Below are positions 1-11,716 of a stretch of DNA of 64,000 bases, one piece after another. The position numbers and the translations under genes were made by a program. The notes below the pieces were generated by a model that saw only the letters and a program-made list of their open reading frames with translations, searched no databases and was not told where the DNA came from. Origin of the DNA: Macrostomum hystrix (taxonomy: Eukaryota; Animalia; Platyhelminthes); contig CATNEN010000011.1 in the NCBI GenBank assembly GCA_950097015.1, forward strand, positions 4,712,001 to 4,776,000, written 5' to 3'. The first letter of the stretch is position 1. Each line of letters begins with the position of its first letter.

Positions 1-1180
1 CTGTCTGCGTAGTTTGGCTGGCACAGGTGCACCTCGGCCCCGTAGCTGGACATGGCATCAATCTGCGATGGGTTTGTTTTAATTTGGATTGCCTTAAAAC
101 CTGTTCAAGAACTTATTGCACTTGGATAATTTCCACCAGAGTGCGTATTTTCATTGTATTCAAAATAGCCGCCATCGGTGGGGAGTCAGAGTGATTGACG
201 CGTTTGCCTTCTTACCGAGGTCCCTGAGCTTGATTCCGCCGCGAGGCCGCATCAATTCGGGGCGCAGACAATTAGAGAAAGCTCATGAAATCCCATGTGG
301 GTCAACCCCCAAGGAGCAGTGGGAATGTACGCTACTTGAGGACGAAAAGGTCAGCGCAGTTGTATACCGCTCTTGTGTGTGGGCGTGCCTAAATACAAGC
401 GTATCGTGTCTGGTGAGTGTGTGCGGAGTCAGCGGAATGGCCAGAATTGGCTTCGTGCTGGCTGCCTGTCGATAGCTTATTCATGAGTGCCAGTGCCCAC
501 AACCCTCCTGCAAATATTATTATTATCGTCTTAGCATGTCACATTCGCATCGATCAAATATTATTTTTTCCATTTATGGCGTTTATACAAACTGAAAACG
601 AATTGTGTCATTTAAAAAAATGCATGTACCATTGAGCGTCCCCATTCTAATAAATAGACGTTAAATGTGCTTACTTTCGCGTACGTCAGGTGCTCGCCGC
701 TTGTACATAAGAAGGCTACAATTTTATTACAATCAGAATGTTCGACAGTTATGCAAGGATCCCTTGAATGCTACATATAAACTCGCATCTCACTACACAA
801 ATAAACAATCTGCATAATCCACAATTGGTTACCTTAGCAGCCGGCGTATCTGCAGGAACCACAACTGCGCACGTCAGTCGGAGTCTATCTGCTGCCCAGG
901 CCAGTGCCTGGCCGTGATTGCCGCTGCTGTGTGTCACCACCCCGGCATAGCCTTGCGGCATGCTCAGAAGAGCGTTCAGCGCACCTCGGAGCTTAAAACT
1001 ACCTGTCCGCTGCAGATGCTCGCACTTAAAGTACAACTGTCTGCCGTTGGACATTGTGTCTAAAAGGGATGACGTCATCACCGGTGTGACTCTTGCGTAC
1101 GGTCGAATTCGTTCAGCAGCAGCAATCAACTCGGTGCTTTCAGGCCATTGTGCCTTCATTTGTTGACATCTGTACGACAT
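1..1180 (-). CDS. SRR: Serine racemase (PLP-dependent, Ser/Thr dehydratase family), 5' part; exons 833..1180 and <1..62; gene continues beyond the window
   Basis: Exon 1 encodes TPVMTSSLL..LYFKCEHLQRTGSFKLRGALNA (SFKxRG, PLP lysine) and VVTHSSGNHGQALA. The phase-0 donor AAG|GTAACC at 832 splices to acceptor CGCAG| at 63, giving ...PADTPAAK|IDAMSSYGAEVHLCQPNYADR, collinear with vertebrate SRR (K.LAIQAYGASIVYCEP). Confidence 0.88.
168..527 (+). mobile_element. tRNA-derived SINE family B copy in SRR intron 1
   Basis: Head (gccatcggtgggg..ttgacgcgtttgcc..cttgattccgccgcgaggcc), body (gtgtgtgcggagtcagcggaatggccagaatt) and (TTA)n tail match the copies at 5785-6122 and 10891-11389. Confidence 0.7.
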
Positions 1181-2331
1181 GCGTCGACCCGATTTCTATT
1201 ATTCATAAGGCTGTCTTCGCAAAATAACGCCAAATAGAGTGACTGAAGCAGTCTTGATTTTTAATCTGCTCTACCTAGTCAATTATACACGTGTATTAAC
1301 TATATATTATCTATATCTATGGTAACAAATCATTTGGTTTACATAAGGACAAGGCAAAGGCATAGGGCTAAGGCTAAAATACCAGTATGTGCGAGCTGCA
1401 ACGCTGATATAAGGGGACAAGCAAAGACCAAGGGCAAGACCAATCGTAAAGCTTGGGGCATTGTTCTCTAATGAAACCCCTGTATAACGTTATGTGGGCA
1501 AAAGCGGCAAAGAGCCACCAGCCCGACGAATCGACCGAGGCCAACAGAAGCCGCTAAAAGCCTCTCAAACAACGCCAGCTGGAGTGAAAAATTGAATTTG
1601 GGAAGGGAGCAAAGTGGTTAAGGAGCATTAAGAAATAAGAGTGAAGAGCATTTAAAATTAAAAGGACAGAATGAAAGTAAGCAAAAAACTTTCAGAAAAT
1701 TCAAAACAACAGTAGCCGCTGAGCGCATGGTCCAAGCAAACTGCCGAGAACCGAATGGGACAGAAAACAGCTGAAGACAAGTGAGATCGGGATGGACTCA
1801 GGAAGGAGATCGCTGAATCTTCTGCTCAGCCGGCTGGTTGAAATCGCTTTGGAGGGAGGAGGAAAAGAAACGCTGATGTAGCAGTACGACTTGCCACGAT
1901 CCAGTGGAGCTTATTGTGCTGCAGAGAAGCACCAATTCTAGAGTTACATAAAAGAGCAGCAAAACTCCACAGTATACTACTGATACGAGCACATACTCGT
2001 ACGATTTGCATTGGTATTTGAGTAGTATACGATTATGCATAAAAGCTGTGGAATGCGTTGTGCAACAGAAATCGACTGTACAAATCAGACTTTAAACTAT
2101 CTGTCAATCATCTGTCAATTTTTAAAACCTGTCACGCGCTGTATATATTGAGAACCACCGTTCTGAATTAAGTTCAGGAGTAAATAAGTTATACGTGCTT
2201 CTCGACGAATTTTTTGGCGGATCTGTAAACTTTTTGTTTTAACATCATCGTACAGACAATGCTGTCTGAAACATAATTCACTCTGAGAACATATATCCAT
2301 ATCAGGAGAGAGGGGATTTCAGGACCGAAAA

Positions 2332-2794
2332 GGTTTACTCCCGATTCGCCGAATCCCGATTTGCCGAAATTCCCAAATTGCCGAATCCCGATTCGCCGAA
2401 ATTCCCGATTCGCCGAATTCCTGATTCGCCGAATCCCGATTCGCCGAAATTCCCGATTCGCCGAATTCCCTCTTTGCCGAAAAAATTGCTAAGAACATTT
2501 TTTGCTGAGCTACCGTACCTCATTAGGCCCTAGAATTTTACTTTCGGCTCTACAAGGATGTCCAGCAAGTTTTGCTTCTTCCGAAGTACGTGTGATGTTC
2601 TTTTTTGCTCACTCAATCTACGTTCCAGAAAGTTAATAAAGTTTAGAAGCAAGTTTACAAGTTAATGAATGAAGAAAGTGCATTTAATTTAAGTTAGTTT
2701 TTTAATTTATTTCAATACAATACAAATAGAGTTCCAGGCGAGTCAGGAATTCCGGTGAATCGGGAATCGGCGAATCGGGAATCGGGAGTAAACC
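2332..2794. mobile_element. MITE with 15-bp TIRs and subterminal CCCGATTCGCCGAA repeats; Mutator-like
   Basis: GGTTTACTCCCGATT (2332-2346) and its exact reverse complement AATCGGGAGTAAACC (2780-2794). Flanks GACCGAAAA and CACAGAAAA match at 7/9, consistent with an eroded 9-bp TSD. No coding capacity. Confidence 0.7.
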
Positions 2795-4491
2795 CACAGA
2801 AAAGACCTAACCCGTTTCTTAACTCATAAACTGACTACAACTGTATGACTGACTCATACAATCTGGACTCGATGGGATACAATTAACCTTGGCCAGAGAC
2901 AAGGCAAATATAACCTAACATTACATGTACTATAATACGAGATATCGTAAACCTACACTACTCAAACTCTAAAACACTCGAGCTTTTGCACTAATAAAAC
3001 GTTGTTCATGCGCTTTAAAAAAACACAAAAACTTGAAAGTTGCGTAAAAACTTTATAAACACACGCACTCAGATAGTTTTTGTTCAGTTATTTATGCGGA
3101 ACATCTAGCTATTTGAATTTATATCCAATTTGCTTTTATTTGGTACAAGCTATGCATAACAATTAGATAAAGGAAATATATTATCACAAAAAAATAAAAC
3201 AACAGTTCTTTATACAGATGGTTATACTGCCAAGCCTAAATACGAGTTCCTGTGAGATTTTGGGTAATATTGTCATAGCTTGTGGCTTTCAAATTTGAAA
3301 CACATATGGAGCACGAAAATCTGCAGTCTTTTGGTTAGCAGAAGGCTTGCGAACAAGAATTGTTACCAATTTGCAAGCAGAAAAGCTTGGGAAAAGCAAA
3401 CAATTTGTTAATCATGATAATCACAAAAGCTGAGATACATCTCATTTTCAGTACAGTGGATTTAAAAAAAATCTTAACGTATAACTACAAGGAGTTATGT
3501 TGTTTACATTTATCTGACGCACACTATTATAACAATAATAAAATAGAAAGCAGATAGAAAACAGATAATGAGACAAATATTAATTGTAACGGAGTTTTTA
3601 TTGGATAAATGTTAAATTTCTTTTTTGTTTAAAAAAATATTAAAAATTAAAAATAAATGTAATGCTCTTTAAATATTGGTCCAATTACATCAATATACAT
3701 CCGTTAAATTAGTTAACCTACTAAAACGATTTAACGTATCGTTTAACGGGGCTTCTCTTTTCTGTTGAATGCTTAACTATCTATGGTATTGGTTGTTTTC
3801 CAACCATTAAATTACTCGTATTTCTCGTATCGTAGAAACGATTTAAGGACTAGGATTATGTTTTGCTCGTATTAGAATGAAATAAATTAGTGCCCTCTAA
3901 CTTTGTGTTCTATGGCCGAAAGCCTGATAAATGCATCCTCGGACTTTCTTTCCCATAGAACAAAATCGATGTGGGTGTTATTAAATTTATTATCTGAAAG
4001 TCGTTTAGATATTAAATTGACATTGTTGCCACATTGAAAGGACTGAGAAATGGTTTCTCAGTACTCGGCAGGAGCCTGGGAAATCATTTCCCAGTCCTTT
4101 GAAAGGAGCCTGAGAATGCCATAGACTAAATAAAACACCCGTTCCACCAGAAACGAAAGGCCACGGGAAACGATCCATTAAACGACTATCGGATATTAAA
4201 TAGACAGATGGACATAAATTAGACTGAATTTTTTTGCCAGAAACTAAAATCCACCGCCACATCCAACCAGATTTAACAAAAAAGCTAACGCAGGCAAGCA
4301 TTTCCTAGCATGCTGAATTGAAGCAATGGAAAACTAATTACAGGAATATAACAACTTTTATAGTGCAGGAACACAAATAAAGTTTAACGTTAAAAAATTT
4401 TCTTAATCCAAATTCGAACAGAAATATATTAAATTGGTTTGTGCTGTTTAATAAAAGTACAAAGCGAAGGTCCATTCAATTAGAGATTCTC

Positions 4492-7062
4492 TCAATCGAA
4501 GCTGCCGAAGCTGCTCCAGCTGCCGCCGCTGCTCCAGCTGCCTAGCGACGACCAAGATCCGTGACGCCAGCCCATGCCGTGACCCCAGCCGTGGCCCCAA
4601 CCGCCAAACGCTTTATGAGCCACGTAGGCGCCAGCCGCAGCGCCGGCCAGTCCCATAGCGGCATTGCGCATTCCTTTGTTCTTCTTTTTCTTCTGCTTCA
4701 CAACTACAACATGCTGCGGCTGCTGACCGTAAGGATAAGCTGAAGCGCCCGAAGCCTGCGGATATTGCTGTGGATAGCGCTGCTGCTGCTGCTGATGCTG
4801 ATATGGCTGCATAGGATAGCCTACAGCTCCACCCGGTGGGCCGAAGTAAGCTCCGGCCCCTCCAGGCGGAGCATAGGTCGGAGGGGGCGGCGGAGGCGGT
4901 CCGCTGTTGCGCGGATAGCCAGGAGACGGGCCGCCCGGCTGACCTGGCATTCCGGGCATCGGCATCGGCGGCCCTGCGCCGCCAATGTTGAAACCGATTG
5001 GCGGCGGGGCTCCACCCGGACCACCTGGCGGTGCGCCGCCGTACGGCGCGCCTCCATAAGGAGCGCCGGGACCTGCAGGACCGCCGTAAGGGCCAGGAGC
5101 GCCATACGGTGCGCCGTAAGGGGCTCCATAGGGAGCGCCCCCAGCAGCACCGTAGGGCGCACCCTGCGGCGGACCTTGCGGGGGTCCAGCAGTGGCAGAG
5201 TATGGCGGTGGCGCTGGTGCATTTACGGGGTAGCTGGAAGAAGCCTGTTGAATAAATATAATTGATTGTTAATAACTGCAATACTGCAGAAAAGAATTGA
5301 AACCTAAGCAAACGTCTAGCGAGCGCAAGGATAGAAAACATTTTCCTCGTATGAGAACGAGATTCGAACTTCAGACCTCTCAGTTTCGAGCCCTAAGCTC
5401 TGACCACTGGAGCGAAGCTATTTTCCCCCCAAAATCCCGAGATAATTGCAAGGATAAAATAGAATCCCAACGTATTGTGGAAACTGACCAGGCCTCAAAG
5501 AGTCCAAAACAGAAACCAACGTCCACTTCCGACAGTCGCCCCAAGTTCCCTAAGCTAGAATCCGCGACCTTCGTGCGACTGCCGAGGCCACACTCGTGGC
5601 GCGAACAAAAGACATTGCATGACTTATCATGCGATTTCGCGATCAACGAGGGCTAAACACACCCCCTACAAGGCACAGTGAGTGTATATGTCTGGGTTAA
5701 ACAAATCAGCGCATATGTACACAGCCTGTGCAAGTTGCCTGCTTGTACTGGTTGGTCAGCGGAATGGGCAGATTTGCTTCGGGGGGGGGGTGAGTGGCAG
5801 AGCAGTTTAACGAGTTGGCCTCTCGCACTAAGGACCTGAGCTCGATTCCGCGGCGAGGCCACATTCATTTGGTGCGCAACCGCGGAGAGAATGCTTGGTG
5901 GCTTGTTGTGCAATTTACGTCCTCGAGGACCAACCTCCAAGGCACGATTAGAAAGTCAGGGCAGATGTACACACCTGTGTGAGCGTGTGCCTGCGTACGG
6001 TATCTGTGTGCGTGTGTGCTCAGGAGTCAGCGAAATGGGCAGAATTGCCTCCTCGCTGGCTGCGGGTCTAGTGTCACCAAATTATGTGCCATTGCCCGCA
6101 GCCTTCCTGCAATTATTATAATTCTCATACCTGCACTGGCTGATGCTGCTGATGCTGCTCCTGCTGCGGCGGTGGCGGTAGAGTGCTAGAAATAGCCGAC
6201 ATCCAGTCGTCCATCTCTTTATCGTTGCCAAACAGAAAGTAAGAAATTCTGGCCTCCCTGCTGGCCTGCTGAGGCACAGCTAAGAGGTGCCGAACCCGCT
6301 CCTTGTCCACCACCGGCTTGAAGGGCAGTCGCTGCGTCACGGGGCCCAGAGCCAGGAAGTTGCAGACGTCGCGCAGAATGACAGTCCGATTTGGCGCTGA
6401 TTGACCCTGCTTGTCAAACCAGGAGAAGCTGCTGTCAGACCGCAGCACAGCGAACACTCGCTTCCACTGGCTGCCCATTAGGCCGCCTTTGCGATTAAGA
6501 ATAGAGAAAAATGAAAAAAAGGTTGTAGACTGCGGCATCGATTGACTTAAACAGTAGAGAAACAATGAGGCATCAAGTGAAACTGGACAGCGGAGAGATG
6601 AGATAGGGGAGAGATGAGACAGGAGAGAGATGAGACAAGGAAGAGATGAGACAGGAGAGAGATGAGACAGCAGAGAGATGAGACAGGGGAGAGATGAGAC
6701 TGGAGAGAGATGAGACAGGGAAGAGATGAGACAAGAGAGAGATGAGACAAGGGAGAGATGAGACAAGGGAGAGATGAGATAGGGAAGAGATGAGACTGGA
6801 GAGAGATGAGTCTGGGAAGAGATGAGAAAGAGGAGAGAAGACAGTGGAAAGATAAAGCAGTAGATACACAAAACCAGAACTACCTAAGCTTGATTAAAGA
6901 GCCCACAAAAAATTATAATAGGCAACAGGAGCAAACTTTAATAACTCTATTTTACTATCCAATAACTAGCAACAGGTAAAAACATAGGACTACAAGCAAT
7001 TATAGCAATTTTAGCTTACCTGTGTATTTGCTTAGCTCTCCTTGTTTAATAATTAAAGCCAT
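4492..7062 (-). CDS. PH-domain protein with Pro/Gly/Tyr/Gln low-complexity tail (PLEKHB/evectin-like); exons 7020..7062, 6131..6486, 4492..5244; 383 aa
   Basis: Spliced frame is continuous through GT-AG junctions (phase 1, then 0): MALIIKQGELSKYT|GGLMGSQWKRVFAVLRSDSSFSWFDK...FLFGNDKEMDDWMSAISS (PH fold, C-terminal helix Trp)...PVQ|ASSSYPVNAPAPPPY...GAPYG repeats...GLAGAAAGAYVAHKAFGGWG...FGSFD*. Confidence 0.85.
5345..5412 (-). mobile_element. tRNA-like SINE head fragment
   Basis: Reverse strand reads gctccagtggtcagagcttagggctcgaaactgagaggtctgaagttcgaatctc (A-box-like TGGTCAGAGC, B-box GTTCGAATC). No complete cloverleaf. Confidence 0.5.
5560..6122 (+). mobile_element. Two tandem SINE family B copies (older 5560-5780, younger 5785-6122) in intron 2 of the PH gene
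   Basis: Repeated body ...gtcagcggaatgggcaga; second head tgagtggcagagcagtttaacgagttggcc..gagctcgattccgcggcgaggcc. The TTA tail ends a few bases from the splice donor at 6130. Confidence 0.65.
6580..6835. repeat. Minisatellite (GAGAGATGAGAC-core, ~17 bp), same family as 49955-50325 and 60690-61140 in reverse orientation
   Basis: Visible tandem GGAGAGATGAGACA units in intron 1 of the PH gene. The overlapping LSHLSPVSS ORFs are repeat translations. Confidence 0.9.
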
Positions 7063-9519
7063 GTGTCTGAAAAAATTTCTGCATGATACAATAGGATCAA
7101 TATGTTTAAATATATCATTAGCAAAAAGTTTAAATTACATTTAAAATAAGAAATAAAGAAACATAAAAAGTATACATAAATATTTAAAAATTTATACATA
7201 AGACCTAAGAACCCACAGGCATCTACTAGATATTTAGTAGATAATATAATAAATTGTGAAACAAAACCTATTTGAAAGGTATAAACAGTGATGAGTGAGA
7301 TAAGTCAATGAAGATGCAAATAGTTCTAGATAAAATTTCATAATACTGTTATACCATAGTTTTATAGGCTCTTATTATTTATAGCAGGTACTAATAGCGC
7401 TTGGTGTGACTCTAATACATGGCCGCCATGTGCCTAATATTTATTTGTGGGCTGCTTATGCCTTTATGGACACAGCTGTCATGCCCCAAGTGTAGCGAAA
7501 ACAAGAAGCACAAATTTAAAATATTTTAGAATGCTGCAATTTATCGGTAATAACAAGCCAATTGGCAAATGAAAAGATTGAACTAAAAATATATTTAATT
7601 TACAGTTTTTTATATGTGGTTATCTCTTGTGATTGTGAGCTACATTCCTTTATATTACTCGTTGCTATGAAGAAAAATTGTATGGTTCTGAGAAAATTCA
7701 AACTGTTTAGTATAAAGCTAGGATCATTAAATGACAATTAGGACTTTCCTGTTTCTAGACCTTTTTAGTTTACGTATTATAATACAGTAGTTTTTGCACG
7801 GAAAGAAAATTACACACACAGCCGGATATTTATTTTTCTTTGATCACATTCGAATATTTTAGCAGTAAACTAATTTACAGATTTCGTTTTGCGTAAAACA
7901 CGTAAAAACTATAGACATTGATGCTTAATCCGCAAGCAAGACTTCCTTCCAATATCGTAATAATACAATAATAAAATCAAACTGAAATTATTGTTCTTCG
8001 TATTCTCTTCTTTAGAATCCTACCTCGGATAACTAAGGGTGGATCTCTCTTATCTCACTATTTAAACAGAGACTGCTTAGAGTTGTGTCTATGAAGGTCG
8101 CTCCAAGGCTAGTTTTTCACTAGACACTATTAATTCATACTGTTAAAATTAGTATTGTTGTTCAAGCGTGTAGCACGCGCCAAAATTCATTTACTAAACT
8201 CTCTCGCTCCGATAATAGAAATTCGTACAAATGTGACCACTTGCAGGATTAATTAGAACAGTCCGAATGGACGTCACCTCAGAATTAATTTTAAACAAAT
8301 TAACAGCTTTTCTATATGCGACGTCGATTAAAAAAATAGTTTATTAGATGTACGAAAGGGTTAGATACTACCACCTTATATAATTTTAATACTCTCCACA
8401 ATAATCTTTAATAATACCACCAGGCTAGCCAGTAACATAATCTCATAGTAAGGTAACAATAAAATCTGGGATCAATAAATTTCCAGCAGGACCTTGTTAC
8501 TGGGCAACGAACAGACAGAAGGTCGGAAGAAGAGGGGTTCGAGAAGGGAGGGTTCAAAAGCGTGGCCCAAACTAGCAAGCGCAAGTACGAGGATCGTAAT
8601 ACAAATGATGAAAAAGGGGATAATAACAAAATTGGGTAGAGGCCGCAGTCAATAATGTTACGGAATTTCAAACCTTGCTAATGTTAATGCATGGAACGAG
8701 CCCTGCAACAGCCTCATTCACGATAGCTCCCAAACTGAATGACCGATTTTCGTGAAAGTCTACCACATAGATTAACATTATTTGCCCTTTACAATGAACT
8801 AACTTTCAAAGCCATCCGAGTTAGCATCGTCGAGATAATCAGCGATTCTTGTCGTATACCCTGGTGACAAGGACAGCTGACATTGCTCTGTATAAACTTC
8901 TTTGGCGAATCCATTTTGGTCTACAATTAAAAAAAGAACAATTGAATCGATCCGAAATATTAATAATGTAGCCGACATGTATACATTGATAAAATTTTGT
9001 GAGCAGAAAAATATGCCTATATATTAGTGGTTCTTGCCAACAGACACTCCGACGAGAATCGTTGAATATCTCGACGATGCCGATGTTTTGGGATTCTGGA
9101 AGTTGTTTCATCTGAAAGAGCGGAACATTTTAGCCCGTGTTCTGCATTTTCATGGCGATAGGTTGAGTATTTTAGGAGTTACAGAAAAAAAGAAATACCC
9201 CCATTATCTTTCTACTGTTATACTCGTAGAAAACTCAAAATGCTCATTCATCAACGTGTGTCACTGTCGCTTTATCCACCATTATACGAATGAAGGAAGC
9301 ATAAAATGTGCAGTTTTATATTTCTACAGTTTCTTAAAAGGAAGCCAATTAGCATTCATAGAGCAGCCCTGTGGAACCCTGTGGAATCACATGGAACAGC
9401 TCTAAGAGTCTTTCATCGTCTAGGAGCGTTCAGAAAATGAGCTATTTTTTCTAGCCAAATTCCCGATGCTACTATGGGCTTTTAGTAAAGGTCACAGCAA
9501 TTGGACCTCCGATGCTAAA

Positions 9520-9780
9520 ATATAATAATAATAATTGATTACACCTGCCCCTATGGGGCCAGGTGTAATGCCGACAGCACAGCCGCAGCTATTGCGTGGC
9601 GCACAGCTGTTCAGTCCATGGACTGGGGGGACGCCACACCTCCCCTCAATTATCCAAGCTAATGCTGGTACCCATTTAACAACTGGGTGAACTGAAGCCA
9701 TGTAGAGTCTTGCTAAAGGACACAAATTGTTCCTTCACGACCTTCAAGTCGTGAGTCCGACGCTCTAACCACATGCTACA
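9520..9780 (-). mobile_element. tRNA-derived SINE family A, full-length with perfect 13-bp TSD
   Basis: CTCCGATGCTAAA at 9507-9519 and 9781-9793. The 5' end tgtagcatgtggttagagcgtcggactcacgacttgaaggtc is tRNA-like and the 3' tail is (TTA)n. Body matches 47134-47412, 33330-33515 and 45460-45575. Confidence 0.9.
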
Positions 9781-10004
9781 CTCCGATGCTAAACTTAATT
9801 TAGAACCAGCTACAGACTACAGGTTCAAGATAGCCAGGGTAGACTTAAGAAGCAATTTATTGTCATATGGAAATAAAGTTGGTAATTGGCAGCAGCATTT
9901 TCAGGAAAAAATACACTCGTGTACTGCGTGAGTTTAAATCATTTGGTCACGATTAAATAAGTGCTTTTATTTCGTCATCAGAGTTCCTCGTAGCTTTTCA
10001 AGAT

Positions 10005-11716
10005 TTAACGAATCCAAGTTGGCTTAGCCAAGCACCAGTGTTAAGTGCGTTCAGTTGCAGCACGGTTAGCTGACCCTGGACAATAGCGAAGCACTCACTC
10101 TATATTATTGCTCGTAGGTTGTTGGGTGCATTAAGACCCTGACCTCCGATTATCGGACGCTGAAAGTTTTCTCCGGTCGCCAAGTATGTAGCGTTAAACT
10201 CGTTGAAAGACAGCTGAGTCAGACTGCCTCCGTAGAAGTGAAGCGAATTTTCGCCGCGAGAAACGATCCCAAAGCTGACAAACAGTCCACTGGAATTTGT
10301 TGGGAAGCTTTGAAATCCACAGTTATGGAAATGCGGGGAATTTGGCATCGTGTATTTATACACCATCGGGTTTGATATACGCTGACAGGCCGTTTAACTC
10401 AGTAGAGGAGCTAAGAAGACGAAAAACCATGTTGTAGCTTGCTCTGAAAGGCAAAAAAACCCAAGACCATCAGTTTAATGCGGCACCAATTCTTGTTAAT
10501 TACAATCTGTTTTGTTTTTTTACTAGCTCAAGTCAATCAAAATGTCATCCCAAATGATACGCGCGAGAAAAATTTTGGCTCCCTGCACCACCTCATTGAC
10601 TCCGCTTACATTCCGTTGTGCTTGTAATTGGTGCGAAAGAAGACCGTCAAATTTGGGGTCGGCAGGAATAGACCTTCAATGTCAGGAGCTGTGTTCAATT
10701 CGACAAAAGTGCCAACGCTTCCACTCACGAACACTCCCATGGATTTGTTGAGTGGAGCCGACACCAGCACCAAAGTGTGCGGATTCTGGGGCACAGGTGC
10801 CAGGTTGAAGGGGCCAACACGGAAGTGGTACAGAATCCGCAGTGAGTTCTCTGAGATGCTGCTGGGCAGGTCGGCCTGTGAGCTGCGGTTAATAATAATA
10901 ATAATATTAAAAATAGCTGGATGGCTGCGGACAATGGCACATCAATTGGTGACATTTGACCTGCAGCCAGTGAGGACGCGATTCTGCCCATTCCACTGAC
11001 TACTAAGCACTCACGCACACAGATACCGTTGCAGCCAGTGAGGACACAATTCTGCCCATTCCACTGACTACTAAGCACTCGAGCACACGGATACCGTTGC
11101 AGCCAGTGAGGACGCGATTCTGCCCATTCCACTGACTACTAAGCACTCACGCACACAGATACCGTACGCAGGCACACGCTCACACATTGGTGTATTGAAC
11201 TTCTTATCGTCGAGTGTACACTTTCACTGTGCCTTAGAGGTTGGCCCTCAAAGGGCGTAAGTTGCACGACAAGGCCCCAACCCTTCTCTCCGCGTCTGTG
11301 CCCCAATCTAATATGGCCTCGCCGTGGAGTCGAATTTAGAGACCTTGGCGCGACAGGCAAACGCGTTAACTGCACTGCCACCGACCGCCGAGCTGCGGTT
11401 GTGAGATCGCACGAAATCAATGTACTTAGGGCTGCGACTGAGACTAAAAAAATCGTGTCACACATCAGACACTCACAGTGCTGGAACTGGCCAAGCCTCT
11501 GTCTGTTCACAAACGAGTCGCATTGTCCACCGTACAGCCATGCAGTGAGGAAGGCCTCGGCAGACGCCAGCAGACACAGCTGAGACATCATGGTGGCAGC
11601 TGCGCAGCTCTGCCTCGTGTGACAGCTCAGCACACAGCCAGCGATGCTGCGGTCGGTCAGTTGGTGAGTCGGCAGCTTCCACACTCCGTCGCTGGGCAGC
11701 TCGGCAGACGGACAGA
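10005..11716 (-). pseudogene. Pseudogenised paralog (copy A) of the PAN-LamG gene at 16334
   Basis: Exon 1 part is near-identical to 16440-16682 but lacks the signal-peptide region. Exon 2 (10610-10879) has a 1-bp deletion and a SINE at its acceptor. Exon 3 (from 10443) is divergent, with a frameshift at PDGV*/YKYT, an in-frame TAG before ECFAIVQGQL, and a terminal frameshift. Confidence 0.85.
10891..11389 (-). mobile_element. tRNA-derived SINE family B, full-length with 11-bp TSD and an internal ~66-bp segment in about 3 copies
   Basis: GAGCTGCGGTT at 10880-10890 and 11390-11400. 5' end GGCGGTCGGTGGCAGTGCAG (A box) ...TTCGACTCC (B box); (TTA)n tail at 10891-10908. Confidence 0.9.

Noticed and set aside
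6125-6871. 248-aa ORF with long hydrophobic LSHLSPVSS N-terminus
   Set aside because: The N-terminal part is the intronic minisatellite. The true exon starts at the 6486 acceptor and the real start is at 7062.
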